From: Eledone cirrhosa
Lineage: Eukaryota
Direction of reading: 5' to 3'
Length of the DNA stretch: 64,000 nt
NCBI GenBank assembly: GCA_964016885.1
Contig: OZ024762.1
Span: 20,336,001 to 20,400,000 of the forward strand
Under the pieces are notes generated by a model, which did not search any database, was not told the DNA's origin, and saw only the letters and a list, made by a program, of their open reading frames with translations. Each line of letters starts with the position of its first letter. Positions within the stretch are counted from its first letter, which is position 1. Positions 1 through 14,709 of this stretch are shown piece by piece. A program made the position numbers and the translations under genes.

Positions 1-276
1 TGTCTTAGCTTAAAAACGAAAGTACACATTAGATGAGGCATGGGCAACCTTTTTCGAGCAGTGGGCTGCATAGGATGTGGTTTATCATAAGGTGAGCCAC
101 ACTACTAAAAACTTCAAGACAATATTGAAATTAGGCGTGCCATTCAGAAAGCTAAATGACTGATTTAGATAATATAGTCCTTAACCTTGATACACTATCT
201 GATAAGCTTCTGAATGTACTAAATCTGGTCATCAGAGCTTTCGGCTCAATGCCACTAAGAGTGAGAAAGCGGTAAC

Positions 277-505
277 TTAACCCTTTAGTATTTACATTAT
301 TTTATATTTACTATTGTATTTTCACAGTAAAGGCTTTATCTTACATAATTATCTCACGTAAAATCGAATCTATGAGATTTTGATGTTATTTATTTTGAGA
401 ACAGTACCTTAATGTAGGTGTAAGAAGCCAGTTACAGCCGGTTTGAACAGAAAGAAGTGAGAGAGTTCTGACCGGATACAGCCGGTTTGAATGCTAAAGG
501 GTTAA
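277..505 (+). mobile_element. piggyBac-type MITE (~230 bp)
   Basis: TTAA-CCCTTTAG ... CTAAAGGG-TTAA ends; homologous copies at 39071-40074, 41248-41483, ~49200-49426 and 62320-63258. Confidence 0.8.
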
Positions 506-589
506 GCAAATAGACATTGAACCACAAATTGCTTCTGTATAAAAGACTTCTCTTTTGGTATCTTTTCTTCTACCTCTTGCTCTTATTCA

Positions 590-950
590 ACAAGGCCAGG
601 GTCATCCTAAGCCAACAATCCGAAAGCATCATCGTGTGTAGAGCCGACCAGGTCCACCATTGGTGGGGGACATGCAGGGGTCAGTTCCGATGTTGGGAAG
701 CCTCATTTCTCTTAGTCGGTTTTATAACAGGTTGAGAATTCTTCTGGGCGGGTTGTTGACCCTCCACAGAATAGTCAGATAATGGGGCTGCCATCTTGGC
801 GGCAAGCCAGCACGCTGTTGGTCATAGTTAGTCTGGAACTTCCCCAAGAGATCGGCCCACCTAGGAATGCACTGCCAGGGGCAAAGCTCCAAACGGTAAC
901 ACACTCTTGGATTTATGGAACACACAAGCCCTTCACCACGACAAGGCCAT
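590..950 (+). mobile_element. Probable 5' region relic of an RTE-type LINE
   Basis: GC-richer segment ending ...acacaagcccttcaccacgacaagg, a motif I recall from RTE 5' regions; no ORF. Confidence 0.3.
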
Positions 951-1236
951 ATATATACTTAGGTAAGGTCTACCTATCTAAGGTTCTTGTTGAGACCTGA
1001 CAGACAGAAGAAGGTCCAGCAATTATCATGTTTACTGTGTAAACCATGAATAACACTAGTTTCTGATTTAAGGCACAATTTAAAAACCTTGAAAAGACAT
1101 TACTGTTGTTTGTACCGTTGTGGCATCATTTGTGTGACGATTATAAAATGTGTGTATTATCAAATATTGCCTCAGGTGTCAGATTGACACTTGACATGAT
1201 TTGGGAGAGAAGCAGAATTCAAAGGAAGTTTCCCAT

Positions 1237-2059
1237 AATAATTGTTTCTACGTTAGGCACAAGGCCAGCAAAATTATCCCAGTGCATTACTGGTACTTTA
1301 TTTTATCGACCCCTGTAAGGATGAAAGGCAAAGTTGACCTCGGCGGGATTTGAACTCAGATTGGCAAGGGCCGTAACTCTATGCATCAAAGCATGGCGCC
1401 CGACCCTCTACCGATTCTGCCAATCCACCGCCCTAGTAGTAATAATAATAATTGTTTCTACGTTAGGCACAAGGCCAGCAATTACCCAGTGCATTACTGG
1501 TACTTTATTTTATCGACCCCTGTAAGGATGAAAGGCAAAGTTGACCTCGGCGGGATTTGAACTCAGATTGGCAAGGGCCGTAACTCTATGCATCAAAGCA
1601 TGGCGCCCGACCCTCTACCGATACTGCCAATCCACCGCCCTAGTAGTAATAATAATAATTGTTTCTACGTTAGGCACAAGGCCAGCAATTACCCAGTGCA
1701 TTACTGGTACTTTATTTTATCGAGCCCTGTAAGGATGAAAGGCAAATTTGACCTCGGCGGGATTTTAACTCAGATTGGCAAGGGCCGTAACTCTATGCAT
1801 CAAAGCATGGCGCCCGACCCTCTACCGATACTGCCAATCCACCGCCCTAGTAGTAATAATAATAATTGTTTCTACGTTAGGCACAAGGCCAGCAATTACC
1901 CAGTGCATTACTGGTACTTTATTTTATCGAGCCCTGTAAGGATGAAAGGCAAATTTGACCTCGGCGGGATTTTAACTCAGATTGGCAAGGGCCGTAACTC
2001 TATGCATCAAAGCATGGAGCCCGACCCTCTACCGATACTGCCAATCCACCGCCCTAGTA

Positions 2060-2093
<34 letters not shown>
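1237..2093 (-). mobile_element. Tandem array of four 207-bp tRNA-derived SINEs (family B)
   Basis: Period 207 (1334 to 1541). Reverse strand shows an A-box-like ggattggcagtatcggtagag, a B-box gagttcaaatccc, a core tgcctttcatccttacaggggtcgataaaataaagtaccag and an (ATT)n tail. Confidence 0.85.
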
Positions 2094-2095
<2 letters not shown>

Positions 2096-2400
2096 CAAGT
2101 GAGATGAAAACCAATAATATGTCAGTTATAGTTAGTCTCAAAATGTTTTTTTTTGTTTCAATTTTTGTTTGTTTTTTCCCTTTCTATATATTCAGCAATC
2201 TGTTCATTACTTCCAGTAAGTTCTCTCTGTGTGTTGTTTACTTTGGTTTCGAATCTCTGCGGCTAGTTTGTTGCTTCGATCTCGACACGATGCCTTAATC
2301 TACTCACAATCATAAACACTGCTGCATCACACTGACATTAAGTACGATAGGCTTACTATGGTCGGATATGATGCTTCGTGGTCACAGTGAATAGCTTAAG

Positions 2401-2408
2401 TCTCTTTC

Positions 2409-2464
<56 letters not shown>

Positions 2465-2519
2465 TCTTTTTCGCAGTGGGTCTCTCTCTCTCTTTCTTTC
2501 TCCCTCCGCTTCTGCGTTC

Positions 2520-2550
<31 letters not shown>

Positions 2551-2868
2551 TGGGTCTCTCTCTTTCTCTCCTTCTGGGTGGGTCTCTCTCTCTCTCTCTC
2601 TCATATTGGATCTCTCTTTCTCTCCTTCTGGGTGGATCTCTCTCTTTCTCTCTCTCTTTCTCCCTCTCGCTTTCTCCTTCTCGGTCTCTCTCTCTCTTTC
2701 TCCCTCTCCTTCTGGATGGGTTTCTCTCTCTCTCTCTTTCTTTCTCTCCTTCTGGGTGGGTCTCTCTCTATCTTGCTCCCTCTCCTTCTGGGTCTTTCTC
2801 TCTCCCCCTCTCTCTCTCTCTTTCTCCCTCTCCTTTTGGGTCTCTCTCTCTCTCCCTCCCTCTCTCTG
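2401..2868. repeat. (CT)n-based compound polypyrimidine repeat with ccttctggg interruptions
   Basis: Direct inspection. Confidence 0.95.
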
Positions 2869-3284
2869 CGGTGTCACTTGACTGAAGTCAACAGGTTGTT
2901 GATATATTTAGACAGATCATTTCAAATGAAATACTTCCAGAGGGCCTACACAGCCATTAATAAACCAACAACAACAACATCAGCAATAAAATACCAACAG
3001 CAAAAACAACAACAATACAACAAAACAGAGAAAATTAAAGAAAAAAAATGGATTTTCTATGCATGGATTAACTGAAAGCATGTCTTTGTTAATCTTCTTT
3101 TATAGAATCCACCATTTTCCAGGTTTATTACTCTATAACACACATAGGCTCCCAGTGCCTGCTTCTCCCGCTACCTCAGCCAACTTCTTCCTATCCACCC
3201 AGCCACTTACCCACCACTAAATATATCCACTGATATTAAAATGGATTGCAGTAATTAATATTACTTGTGTGTGAAAACTGCCTT

Positions 3285-3318
3285 TTGTGAGTGTGTATGT
3301 GTGTGTGTGTGTGTGTGA

Positions 3319-3350
<32 letters not shown>

Positions 3351-3509
3351 ATGTGGGTGTGAGTGTGTGTGTGTGTATGTGTATGTATGCGTGTGTGTGT
3401 ATGTGTGTGTGAGTGTGCTTTTGCTGTTGCTTTATTTTGTTATAGGAAATGATAACTTATGGTGTGATAAAGATGATGATGTTGGTGATGGTGATGATGA
3501 TGGTGGTGA

Positions 3510-3541
<32 letters not shown>

Positions 3542-3605
3542 ACGATGATGATGGTGGTGGTGGTGGTGATGATGGTGGTGGTGGTGATGATGGTGGTGGT
3601 GGTGA

Positions 3606-3637
<32 letters not shown>

Positions 3638-3810
3638 ATGATGATGATGGTGGTGGTGATGATGATGGTGGTGATGATGATGGTGATGGTGGTGGTGATG
3701 GTGGTGGTGATGATGATGATGGTGGTGGTGGTGGTGATGATGATGGTGGTGGTGGTGGTGGTGATGATGATGATCATCATCATTCTCATCATCATCATCA
3801 TCACCATCAT
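3285..3810. repeat. (GT)n then (GAT/GGT)n and (CAT)n microsatellites
   Basis: Direct inspection. Confidence 0.95.
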
Positions 3811-4099
3811 TTCTCCCTCCTCCTTCTCTCCTTCTTCATCTCTCCCTCCTCCTACCTATCATCTCTTACTCCTCCCTATTCTTCCTCTCCCCCCCCCTCC
3901 CCCTCCTACTTATTCTGTATCACATACTCCTCTCCCTCCTCCTCATTTACTCCCATCCATTTTTAGATTTATTTTAAACAATATATTTTCTACCCCTGGA
4001 GTCAGAACCCCCCACCCCCCACACATCACCCCCACCTGCCCCACCCCACCTGCCCACAGCAGATTTATCTGACTGCCTGCATAGGGCATTATTATTATT

Positions 4100-4590
4100 A
4101 AAGTACCAGTAATGCACTGGGTATTTGCTGGCCTTGTGCCTAAATTAGAGACAATTATTATTATTGTTATTATTATTATTATTATTATTATTTCCAGCAT
4201 AGAGTTACGTCCCTTTACGGACTGAGTTCAAATCCCGCCGAGGTTAACTTTGCCTTTCATCCTTACAGGGTCGATAAAATAAAGTACCAGTAATGTACTG
4301 GAGTTGATTTAATCGACTTTCCCCTTCCCCCAAAATTGCTGACCTTGTGCCTATATAAGAAACCATTATTATTATTATTATCGCAGAGGATTGGCAGTAT
4401 CGGTAGAGGGTCAAACGCCATGCTTTTCAGCATAGAGATACGGCCCTTTATAGTCTGAGTTCAAATCCCGCCCGAGGTTAACTTTGCCTTTCATCCTTAC
4501 TGGGTCGATAAAATAAAGTACCAGTAATGCCCTTGGGATAATTGCTGGCCTTGTGCCAAAAGTAGAAACAATTATTATTATTATTATTAG
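4100..4590 (+). mobile_element. Cluster of full and partial family-B SINEs separated by (ATT)n
   Basis: Repeated gagttcaaatcccgccgaggttaactttgcctttcatcc...agtaccagtaatg core. Confidence 0.85.
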
Positions 4591-4694
4591 AGTGGTGGGC
4601 TGGAAGAGTTGTTAGAGTGTTGGACAAAATGCAGTGTGGAATTAAGTTACGACACTCTAGTTTCTGAGTTCAAATCCAGTCCAGGTCGAACTTT

Positions 4695-5580
4695 TGAGGT
4701 CGTAAGTTGATTAAAGCCATAAGTTGATCAAGGTCATAAATTGATCAAGGTCATGTCAATCAAAGTCGTACATTTATCAAGGTCATAAGTCAAATTGACA
4801 AAGGTCATAAGTTAATCAAGGTCATAAGTTGACATGGCTCGTAAGTCAAGTTGATTAAGGTTGTAAATTAATTTGACCAAGGTCATAAGTTAAGCTGATC
4901 AAAGTCACAAGTTAAGTTGACCAAGGTCGTAAGTTAAATTGACCAATGTCATAAGTTAAGTTGATTAAGGTCATAAGATGACCAAGGTAATAAGTTAGGT
5001 TGAACAAGGTTGTGAGTTAAGCAAGGTCATAAGTTAAGTCGACTAAGGTCATATGTTGACCACAAAGTCATAAGTTAAGTTTATAAGGTCGTAAGTTAAT
5101 CAAGGACAAACCAAATATTAATTTAATTAAATTAAGACCTTATTTAACCTCTGACCTTCATTAACTTACAACCTCAATTATGACTTTCATTAATTTCACT
5201 CGATGCTCTACTACTTCTGTCCATATGTTTCCTTTGAAACTTATGATGCCAGCTTATATAATTTATGACATTGATTAACCTAACTTATGACCTTCATTAC
5301 ATCATAACTTTGCTTACATCACAACTTTGATTAATTAACTCTAGATCATTATTAAAATCATCACTTTGATTAACTAACTTATGACATTGATTAACTGTGT
5401 TCATTAAATTATGCCCATCATTAATCTATGATGTTGATTAACTTATTTTATGACTTTTCTCAACTTATGACCTTTATAATATCACAACCTTTATAACATC
5501 ATAATATTCATTATACAACAGCCTTGGTTAACTATGATGTTGATTAACTTAACTTGTGATCTTCATTACTACATTATCTT
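4695..5580. repeat. Degenerate ~22-bp minisatellite (ggtcataagttaagttgaccaa) that switches orientation near 5120
   Basis: aaggtcataagtt units before 5110 and aacttatgacctt units after. Confidence 0.8.
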
Positions 5581-5584
5581 GATG

Positions 5585-5985
5585 ACATCACAACCTCCAT
5601 CACATTAAAACCTCCATCACATCACAACCTCCACCACATCACAACCTCCACCATATCACAACTTCAATCACATCACAACCTCCATTACATCACAACCTCC
5701 ATCATATCACAACCTCCATCACATCACAACCTCCACCACATCACAACCTCCATCACATCACAACCTCCATCACATCACAACCTCCATCACATCACAACCT
5801 CCACCACATCACAACCTCCATCACATCACAACCTCCATCACATCACAACCTCCACCACATCACAACCTCCATCACATCACAACCTCCATCACATCACAAC
5901 TTCCAACACATCACAACCTCCACCATATCACAACCTCCATCACATCACAACTTCCAACACATCACAACCTACATCACATCACAAC
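5585..5985. repeat. 18-bp minisatellite (catcacatcacaacctcc)
   Basis: About 21 tandem copies. Confidence 0.95.
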
Positions 5986-6704
5986 CACAATATTTTTAAT
6001 GTCGATAAAAAAAAGTACCAGTCTCGTACTGAGGTAGATTCTTCCTCTATATATATATATATCTCCCTCACACTCCCTCTCCTTCTCTCGAAGAAATCTG
6101 CTGCATTCAGGCCTGGAGAGGGGATGAGCTCTGATAAGCTTAAAAATGCTGTACATTAATACAGCACCCCTGCAATTCCATCAGGGGTTACGGGACGATA
6201 CGATACCATAATTTTCCTAACTCAAGCCGTATTAACTTACAACTTTGTTTAAATAATCTAACACAAAAATCTATTTGAAGACAATAAAAGAACTCCCCTC
6301 ACTCTTCCTCTTGATCAGATCAATGTCAGCTCATACAAAACACTTTCCCCTAACACTGCATCTAATGAAACACTGTCTTTTTCTATCAATTTTAAAAATA
6401 ATCAAGAATTTGGTTGCGTTTACTAAAATAACTAACATTTCAATTATATTCTATATTAAGCTAACACTTTGAACGCAACCTGATAAAAGGGAAAAATATA
6501 TCTTTCTATATTGAGTTGGTGTTTAGAACATAACTTAACAAAAGGTTCTCTCACTATAAAAAAAAAAAAATGATAATGGACCGGTTTGCGCTGAAACATG
6601 GAAACTTTGAAATGCAGAATTTTGTATGAAAACACCAAAGGTAGTCTCAGGTGGGTTGGTAGAAAAGTGGTAAAAAAGATCTACTTTGTTTTTGTACATT
6701 TTAC

Positions 6705-6719
6705 CATACATACACAAAC

Positions 6720-6767
<48 letters not shown>

Positions 6768-6779
6768 ATAGATGTATGC

Positions 6780-6838
<59 letters not shown>

Positions 6839-6853
6839 AACATAGATGTATGC

Positions 6854-6944
<91 letters not shown>

Positions 6945-6984
6945 GATGTATGCAAATATATGCATATACACATATATGCACATA

Positions 6985-7025
<41 letters not shown>

Positions 7026-7835
7026 GGATACATATATGCATACACACATATATACATATATAGATGTATACATATACATGCATACATACATGCATACAGA
7101 CGTATATTCACATATACATGAATACATACATCCATACAGACATATACACATAGAGATGTATGCATATACATGTGTACATATATGCATACATACATATATA
7201 TATACACATGGATGTATACATACATGCATACACACCTATATACACATATACATGGATACATAGATGCATACACACATATATACATATATAGATGTATACA
7301 TATACATGCATACATACATGCAAACACATATATACATAGAGATGTATGCACATACATGCATACATATATGTGTGCATACAAGCATCAACAAATATAAACA
7401 TACCTGCATACATACAAGCATATACATATGGATATATACATATACATATACACACATACACATAAATGTATATGTATATATATATATATATATATATACA
7501 CTGTATGAGTAAGTCAGGTGTGCATGTGTGTAAGCATGTGTGTGTGTATGTGTACGCATGTGTGTGCATGTATTTGTGCTCATGTGTGTGTGTGTGTATA
7601 CATGTGTGTGTGTGTATGTGTACGCATATGTGTGTGTGTGTATATGTACACATGTGTGTGTGTGCGTATGTGTGTACATATGTGTACGCATGTGTGTGTG
7701 TATGTGTACACATGTGTGTGTGTATGTGTATGCACGTTTGTGCAAATTCTTTCTCAAGATTCAATATATATAAAGATATTGTACTAAAGAACAGCACACC
7801 AATACATATATATATAAACACACACATATATATAA

Positions 7836-7868
<33 letters not shown>

Positions 7869-8508
7869 CATATATATATAAACACACACACACATATATA
7901 TATATATAAACACACACACACACACATATATATATAAACACACACACATATATATATAAACACACACACACACACACATATATATAAACACACAGTCCTA
8001 CACACACATACAGTGACATACACAGTCACACTCACATAGTCACATACACAGTCACACACACATACAGTGACATACAGTCACACTCACATAGTCACATACA
8101 CAGTCACACACACATACAGTGACATACACAGTCCTACACACACATACAGTGACATACACAGTCATATACAACATACAGTCACACACACATACAGTGACAT
8201 ACACACACATACAGTGACATACACAGTCACACACACATAGTCACATACAGTCATACACACACAGATACAGTGACATACACATTCATACAGTGACATACAG
8301 TCACACACACATACAGTGACATACAGTCATACACACATAGTCACATACAGTCACACACATACAGTGACATACAGTCATACACACACACACACAGTCACGT
8401 ACACAGTCATACACACACACACACAGTCACATATACAGTCACACACATCCATATATATATATATATACATACACAGATCCATATATATATATATACACAC
8501 ACACATCC

Positions 8509-8543
<35 letters not shown>

Positions 8544-9160
8544 TCCATATACATAGTCACACACATCCAAATTTATGCACAGACACACACGCATATACAC
8601 ATGCACAGCCATACACATAAATCCATACAATCATACACATACACACACACACACAACCATAAATATACACACACATACACACATACCACATGCACATACA
8701 AACACACATGAGATAAGCAATGTAAATATAAAGGCGTGACTGATTAGTGTGTATGTGTGTGTGTGTGAGTGTATGTGCATGTGTGTGTGTGAGTGTATGC
8801 ACATGTCAGTGTTTGTATGCATGTTTATGTATGTGTGTGTATGCGTGTGTGTATGTGTGTGTATATATGTATATGTGTGTATGCATGTATGTGTGTGTGT
8901 ATGCATGTGTGTGTGTGTGTATATATGTATATGTGTGTGTAAGTGTGTATGCATATGTGTGTGATTATATGTATGTGTGTGAGTATATGTGTGTGTATGC
9001 ATATGTGTGTGTATGTATGCATGTATGTGTGTGTGTGTGTGTGTGTGTACGTGTGTGTATGCATGTGTGTATGTGTATATATGTATGTGTGTGTATGCAT
9101 GTGTATATGTGTGTATACATATGTGTGTATGTGTATATATGTATGTGTGTGTGTATTACA
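6705..9160. repeat. TA/CA/TG compound microsatellite block, including cacatacagt units
   Basis: Direct inspection. Confidence 0.95.
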
Positions 9161-9688
9161 TTCATTTTCCCCCAATAAACAACTGTTTTTCACCAAACAG
9201 AGAAATGTAATTATATTTCATAATGAGAAAAAAATATATAACAAAATTCTAATAAAGAAAATATAATTTGAAAATTACATTTCAATAGAAAAAAAAGGAA
9301 TTAAGAGAAAAACATTTCCTCAAGGATAGAAAAAAACCCAATAAAACCCATTGTTTGAGTTGTTGTTGTTTAGCCCTAGGTCTTACTTGATCAGACAGAC
9401 ACATAATGATTTCTAATTTAGGCACAATGCCAGCAATTGTTTTTGTTTTTTTAAGGGGAGGTGAGCGTAAACTCAATTATATTGAGCCCCAGTATGTGAC
9501 TGGTACTTTGTTTTATCAATCTTGGAAGGACGAAAAGCAAAGTTGACTTAAGTGGGATTTGAACTCAGAGCATAAAGAGGCATATTTACTGTATATACTT
9601 GAATATAAGCCAGCCCTTCCTTATTTTTATGTCTGAGAAATAGGCAAAAATCTAAACCTTGTTTATAAACCGAATCAGCTAATCAACG

Positions 9689-9725
<37 letters not shown>

Positions 9726-10042
9726 TGTAATAAACAACATAAGGCAATTATTCCATTTACGAGTGGTTTCTTAAAAGCAAAAAATGTTGCTTTCAATCCT
9801 CAGAATGAAAAAATCCTGGTCTGTTTATTGAATTTGGATTTTAAAAACCTATTTTAAAAACCTATAACTATTAAGCTCTGTTACCTACATAGAGCACTCT
9901 TTTTTCCTGGACTTTTCCGACAGAATTACTTCATTCACACACATATATATATATTTGAAAAAAAGGAAAAGATGACTTCACTTGTAGTTCTAAATAATTT
10001 GATTTAATTCTATAATATTATGAGTTGGTAGATCTAGTTGGT

Positions 10043-10082
<40 letters not shown>

Positions 10083-10108
10083 TAAATATATATATATATA
10101 TATATATA

Positions 10109-10290
10109 TCCAGTGAATTTCCAACCGATAAGGTAGAATTTTCATGGGTATGTCTCTATTTATAAATCAAAGTTTGTATTTTATCTAATGAAAGCGCACC
10201 AAGGTTTGCTTGGTTTCCCTTGAAATATATATAATAAAATAAATATGGTTTTATAAATATAGTTTCCATTTATTTAATATCATGGTATAT
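10109..10290 (+). mobile_element. Penelope-like pLTR relic with mutated hammerhead core (CTAATGA)
   Basis: Homologous to 49619-49785 and 20355-20470 (gaaatatatataat...aaatatggttttataaatatagtttccatttat); flanked by (TA)n. Confidence 0.55.
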
Positions 10291-10894
10291 ATATATATAT
10301 ATATACCATGATATTAAATAAACACATGTGTTTATATATGCTGTGTGCAGGAGAGGAGGTTGCATTGGTATGGACATGTGATGTGTATGAAGGATGACAG
10401 CTGCATCAAAAAAGGTGCAGAGTACTAAAAGTCGATAAAATAAATTACCAGTAATGCACTGGGGTCGATTTAATTGACTTAACCCCTACCCCAAAATTGT
10501 TGGCCTGGTGTCTAAATCAAAAGCCATTATGTATCTAGGACTACAACACATGAAACAGACCTTGATCAGCTTGAATGGCCAGTCTTCCAGTTGATTGATT
10601 AATAGAACAGCCTGCTCATGAAATTAATGTATAAGTGTCTGAGCATTCTATATACACATGTATGCCCGTTAATGTATTTCTCAGGGAGATGCGGCAAGAT
10701 ACAGTGTGTGATAAGGCTGGCCTTTATGGATTACAGGTACAGTAGTATATATTTGACAGGCTTCCAAACAGTTTCTGTCTACCCAGTTTCACTCACAAGG
10801 GCTGGGTCAACCTGACGCTATGGTAAACAACACATGTTCAAGATGTCACACAGTGGGATGGGATTAAACACAGGGCCCGATTGCCCCAATCATT

Positions 10895-11550
10895 ATGCCA
10901 TGGGTTCAAATCCTGGGCTGGGCTGGGTTGCGTGTTGTGTTCTTGAGCAAAACACTTCATTCCAAGTTGCTTCAGCATACTCAGTTGAAAACGAGTACCA
11001 GCAATAGATGGGGGATTTAACCCTGCAATGGACTGGCGTCCTGTCCAGGGGGGAGTCTTGTACTTTCAGTCGCTACAAACCATGGAACTGGGATAAACAC
11101 CAGCCTAATGAGCCTTAAATGACTGAAGACATTTAGATTTAAACTTGATGATTGTAAAGCAAAATTTGGTAACACACACACACACACACAGTTTCACTGA
11201 ACCATAATTAATACACACACACACACACAACACACACACATATACATCCACTGTGTCTAAGTCTAAAGCTTGTCTCAAGCCAGGAGACTCGTCAGGACGG
11301 TGCTTGTCCTGCTTTTCTGTCATGGAGTGATAGAGAGTACAAAACTCCTCACTGGACAGTACACCAGTCCATTACAGGGTTAAACCCCCAGCTATTGCTG
11401 CTGGTACTCGTTTTCAGTTGTGTGTACTGGAACAATGTGAAAATGAAGTGTTTTGCTCAAGAACACAACACACAATACAGCCTAGGAATAAAACCCACAG
11501 CATTATAATCGTAAGTTCAACACCCTTACCGCTAGGCCACACATGTCCAC
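10895..11550. mobile_element. Two older SINE copies in inverted orientation (10895-11118 +, ~11275-11550 -)
   Basis: Share gtgttcttgagcaaaacacttca...gaaaacgagtaccagca...taaccctg...atggactgg; B-box-like ggttcaaatcc. Confidence 0.65.
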
Positions 11551-11898
11551 AAATTCATAGAACCATAACTAATATACACAACAGCATACATTAAATTCCT
11601 GTTACTAGTTAATGACACTTGCCCAAGATACCATGCAGTGGGATTGAACCTGGCAACTAATGGTCGCAAAGCAAGCTTGCTAACTATTTGGCCAGACTGT
11701 TTCTACAAGAAAACAAAAGTTTTAAAGTAATTTTTTCCCTGCAAGAGCAAAGATTAACCTTGTAAGGGCACCATAGAAACTTCTTACTTCTCACAAGAAA
11801 ACAAATCAAAAATGGAAGCCATAAATGTGATAAAGTGGACCAATTGTTACAATTTGTAATGTTTATGGGAAAAATAGAGAGACAGTGACACTCTAACA

Positions 11899-12298
<400 letters not shown>

Positions 12299-12367
12299 AC
12301 ATCACAAGGAAACTTGATGATTGCCTAATATAGAAAGTGTCTTTTATTATATTCATGAGACACAGGA

Positions 12368-14008
12368 ACAACCACCACCCACCACCACCACCACCACCAC
12401 CACACACACATACACACGCCATCACCAGCACTACCACATACACACCACCACAACCATCATTCGTACTACACACACACACCACCTCCACCAAAACAGACCA
12501 CCACCACCACTAACACCACCCCCGAACCCTAACAGCCCCACTTCACACCACTACCACCACTACAACCACTCCGACCACATACACACCACCACCACCACCA
12601 CCACCACCACTACAACCACCCCGACCACATACACACCACCACCACCACCACCACCACCACCACCACTACTACAACCACTCCAACCACATACACACCACCA
12701 CCACCACCACCACTCCAACCACATACACACCATTACCACCACCACCACCACTACCACCACCACTACTACAACCACTCCAACCACATACACACCATTACCA
12801 CCACCACCACCACCACCACCACCACCACTCCAACCACATACACACCATTACCACCACCACCACCACTACCACCACCACTACTACAACCACTCCAACCACA
12901 TACACACCATTACCACCACCACCATCACCACCACCACTACAACCACTCCGACCACATACACACCATTACCACCACCACCACCACCACCACCACCACCACC
13001 ACCACCACCACCACTCCAACCACATACACACCACCACCACCACCACCACCACTCCAACCACATACACACCATTACCACCACCACCACCACCACCACCACC
13101 ACCACTCCAACCACATACACACCATTACCACCACCACCACCACCACCACCACCACCACCACTACTACAACCACTCCAACCACATACACACCATTACCACC
13201 ACCACCACCACCACCACCACCACCACTCCAACCACATACACACCATTACCACCACCACCACCACCACCACCACCACTACAACCACCACTACTACAACCAC
13301 TCCAACCACATACACACCATTACCACCACCACCACCACCACCACTACTACAACCACTCCAACCACATACACACCATTACCACCACCACCACCACCACCAC
13401 CACCACTACAACAACCACTCCAACCACATACACACCATTACCACCACCACCACCACCACTCCAACCACATACACACCATTACCACCACCACCACCACCAC
13501 CACCACCACCACCACCACTACAACCACTCCAACCACATACACACCATTACCACCACCACCACCACCACCACCACCACCACCACCACTACAACCACTCCAA
13601 CCACATACACACCATTACCACCACCACCACCACCACCACCACCACTCCAACCACATACACACCATTACCACCACCACCACCACCACCACCACCACTACAA
13701 CCACCCCGACCACACACACACCACTACCACCACCACCACCACCACCACCACTACAACCACTCCAACCACATACACACCATTACCACCACCACCACCACCA
13801 CCACCACCACCACCACCACTACAACCACCCCAACCACACACACACCACTACCACCACCACCACCACCACCGCCACCACCACTACAACCACTCCAACCACA
13901 TACACACCACCACCACCACCACCACCACCACTACAACCACCCCGACCACACACACACACCACTACCACCACCACCCCGACCCCTAACAGCCCCCACCACA
14001 CACCCCCA
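12368..14008. repeat. (CCA)n compound minisatellite with ctccaaccacatacacaccatta spacers
   Basis: Direct inspection; the source of the spurious 579-aa ORF. Confidence 0.95.
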
Positions 14009-14310
14009 GTTGGCCACTTCACAATTTAAGAGATTTAAATATTATCAGGGCCTCCAATGATAAAGCCAGGAAGATATTGCTGTCAATGTGCGTTTGTATA
14101 AATATCATTTAAATAATATACACCAAGCTTACAGCCCAGATCAATTACTTTATACATACATATATGTATACACACATATGTATAGATGTGTACCCATACA
14201 CACACACACTCACACAAATATATACATATTTACACACACACATACACTGATATATATATATATATATATATACACACCCCCACACACACATATATATATA
14301 TATCAGTGTA

Positions 14311-14341
<31 letters not shown>

Positions 14342-14343
14342 CA

Positions 14344-14381
<38 letters not shown>

Positions 14382-14420
14382 CAGTGTATGTGTGTGTATA
14401 TATATATATATATCAGTGTA

Positions 14421-14451
<31 letters not shown>

Positions 14452-14709
14452 CAGTGTATGTATGTGTGTGTATATATATATCAGTGTATGTGTGTGTGTA
14501 TATATATATATATATCAGTGTATGTGTGTATATATATATATCAGTGTATGTGTGTGTATATATATATATATATATACTCAACTCTTTACACTGCCATACA
14601 TCAAGTAGGGAGCTGTCTTTGCAATAGGTTTATTTTTACAAAACTGTTGATTCCAGTTATCAGCTTTAACTTATAGCTTTTACACAGACACTCCATCTAT
14701 CAGAACTTC

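Noticed and set aside
1588-2298. 236-aa ORF
   Set aside because: Read-through of the 207-bp (multiple of 3) SINE tandem.
3319-4072. Asp/Gly/His-rich ORFs
   Set aside because: Trinucleotide microsatellite translations.
12321-14060. 579-aa Pro/Thr/His ORF
   Set aside because: Translation of a (CCA)n compound repeat; composition cycles with frame and there are no clear splice signals.
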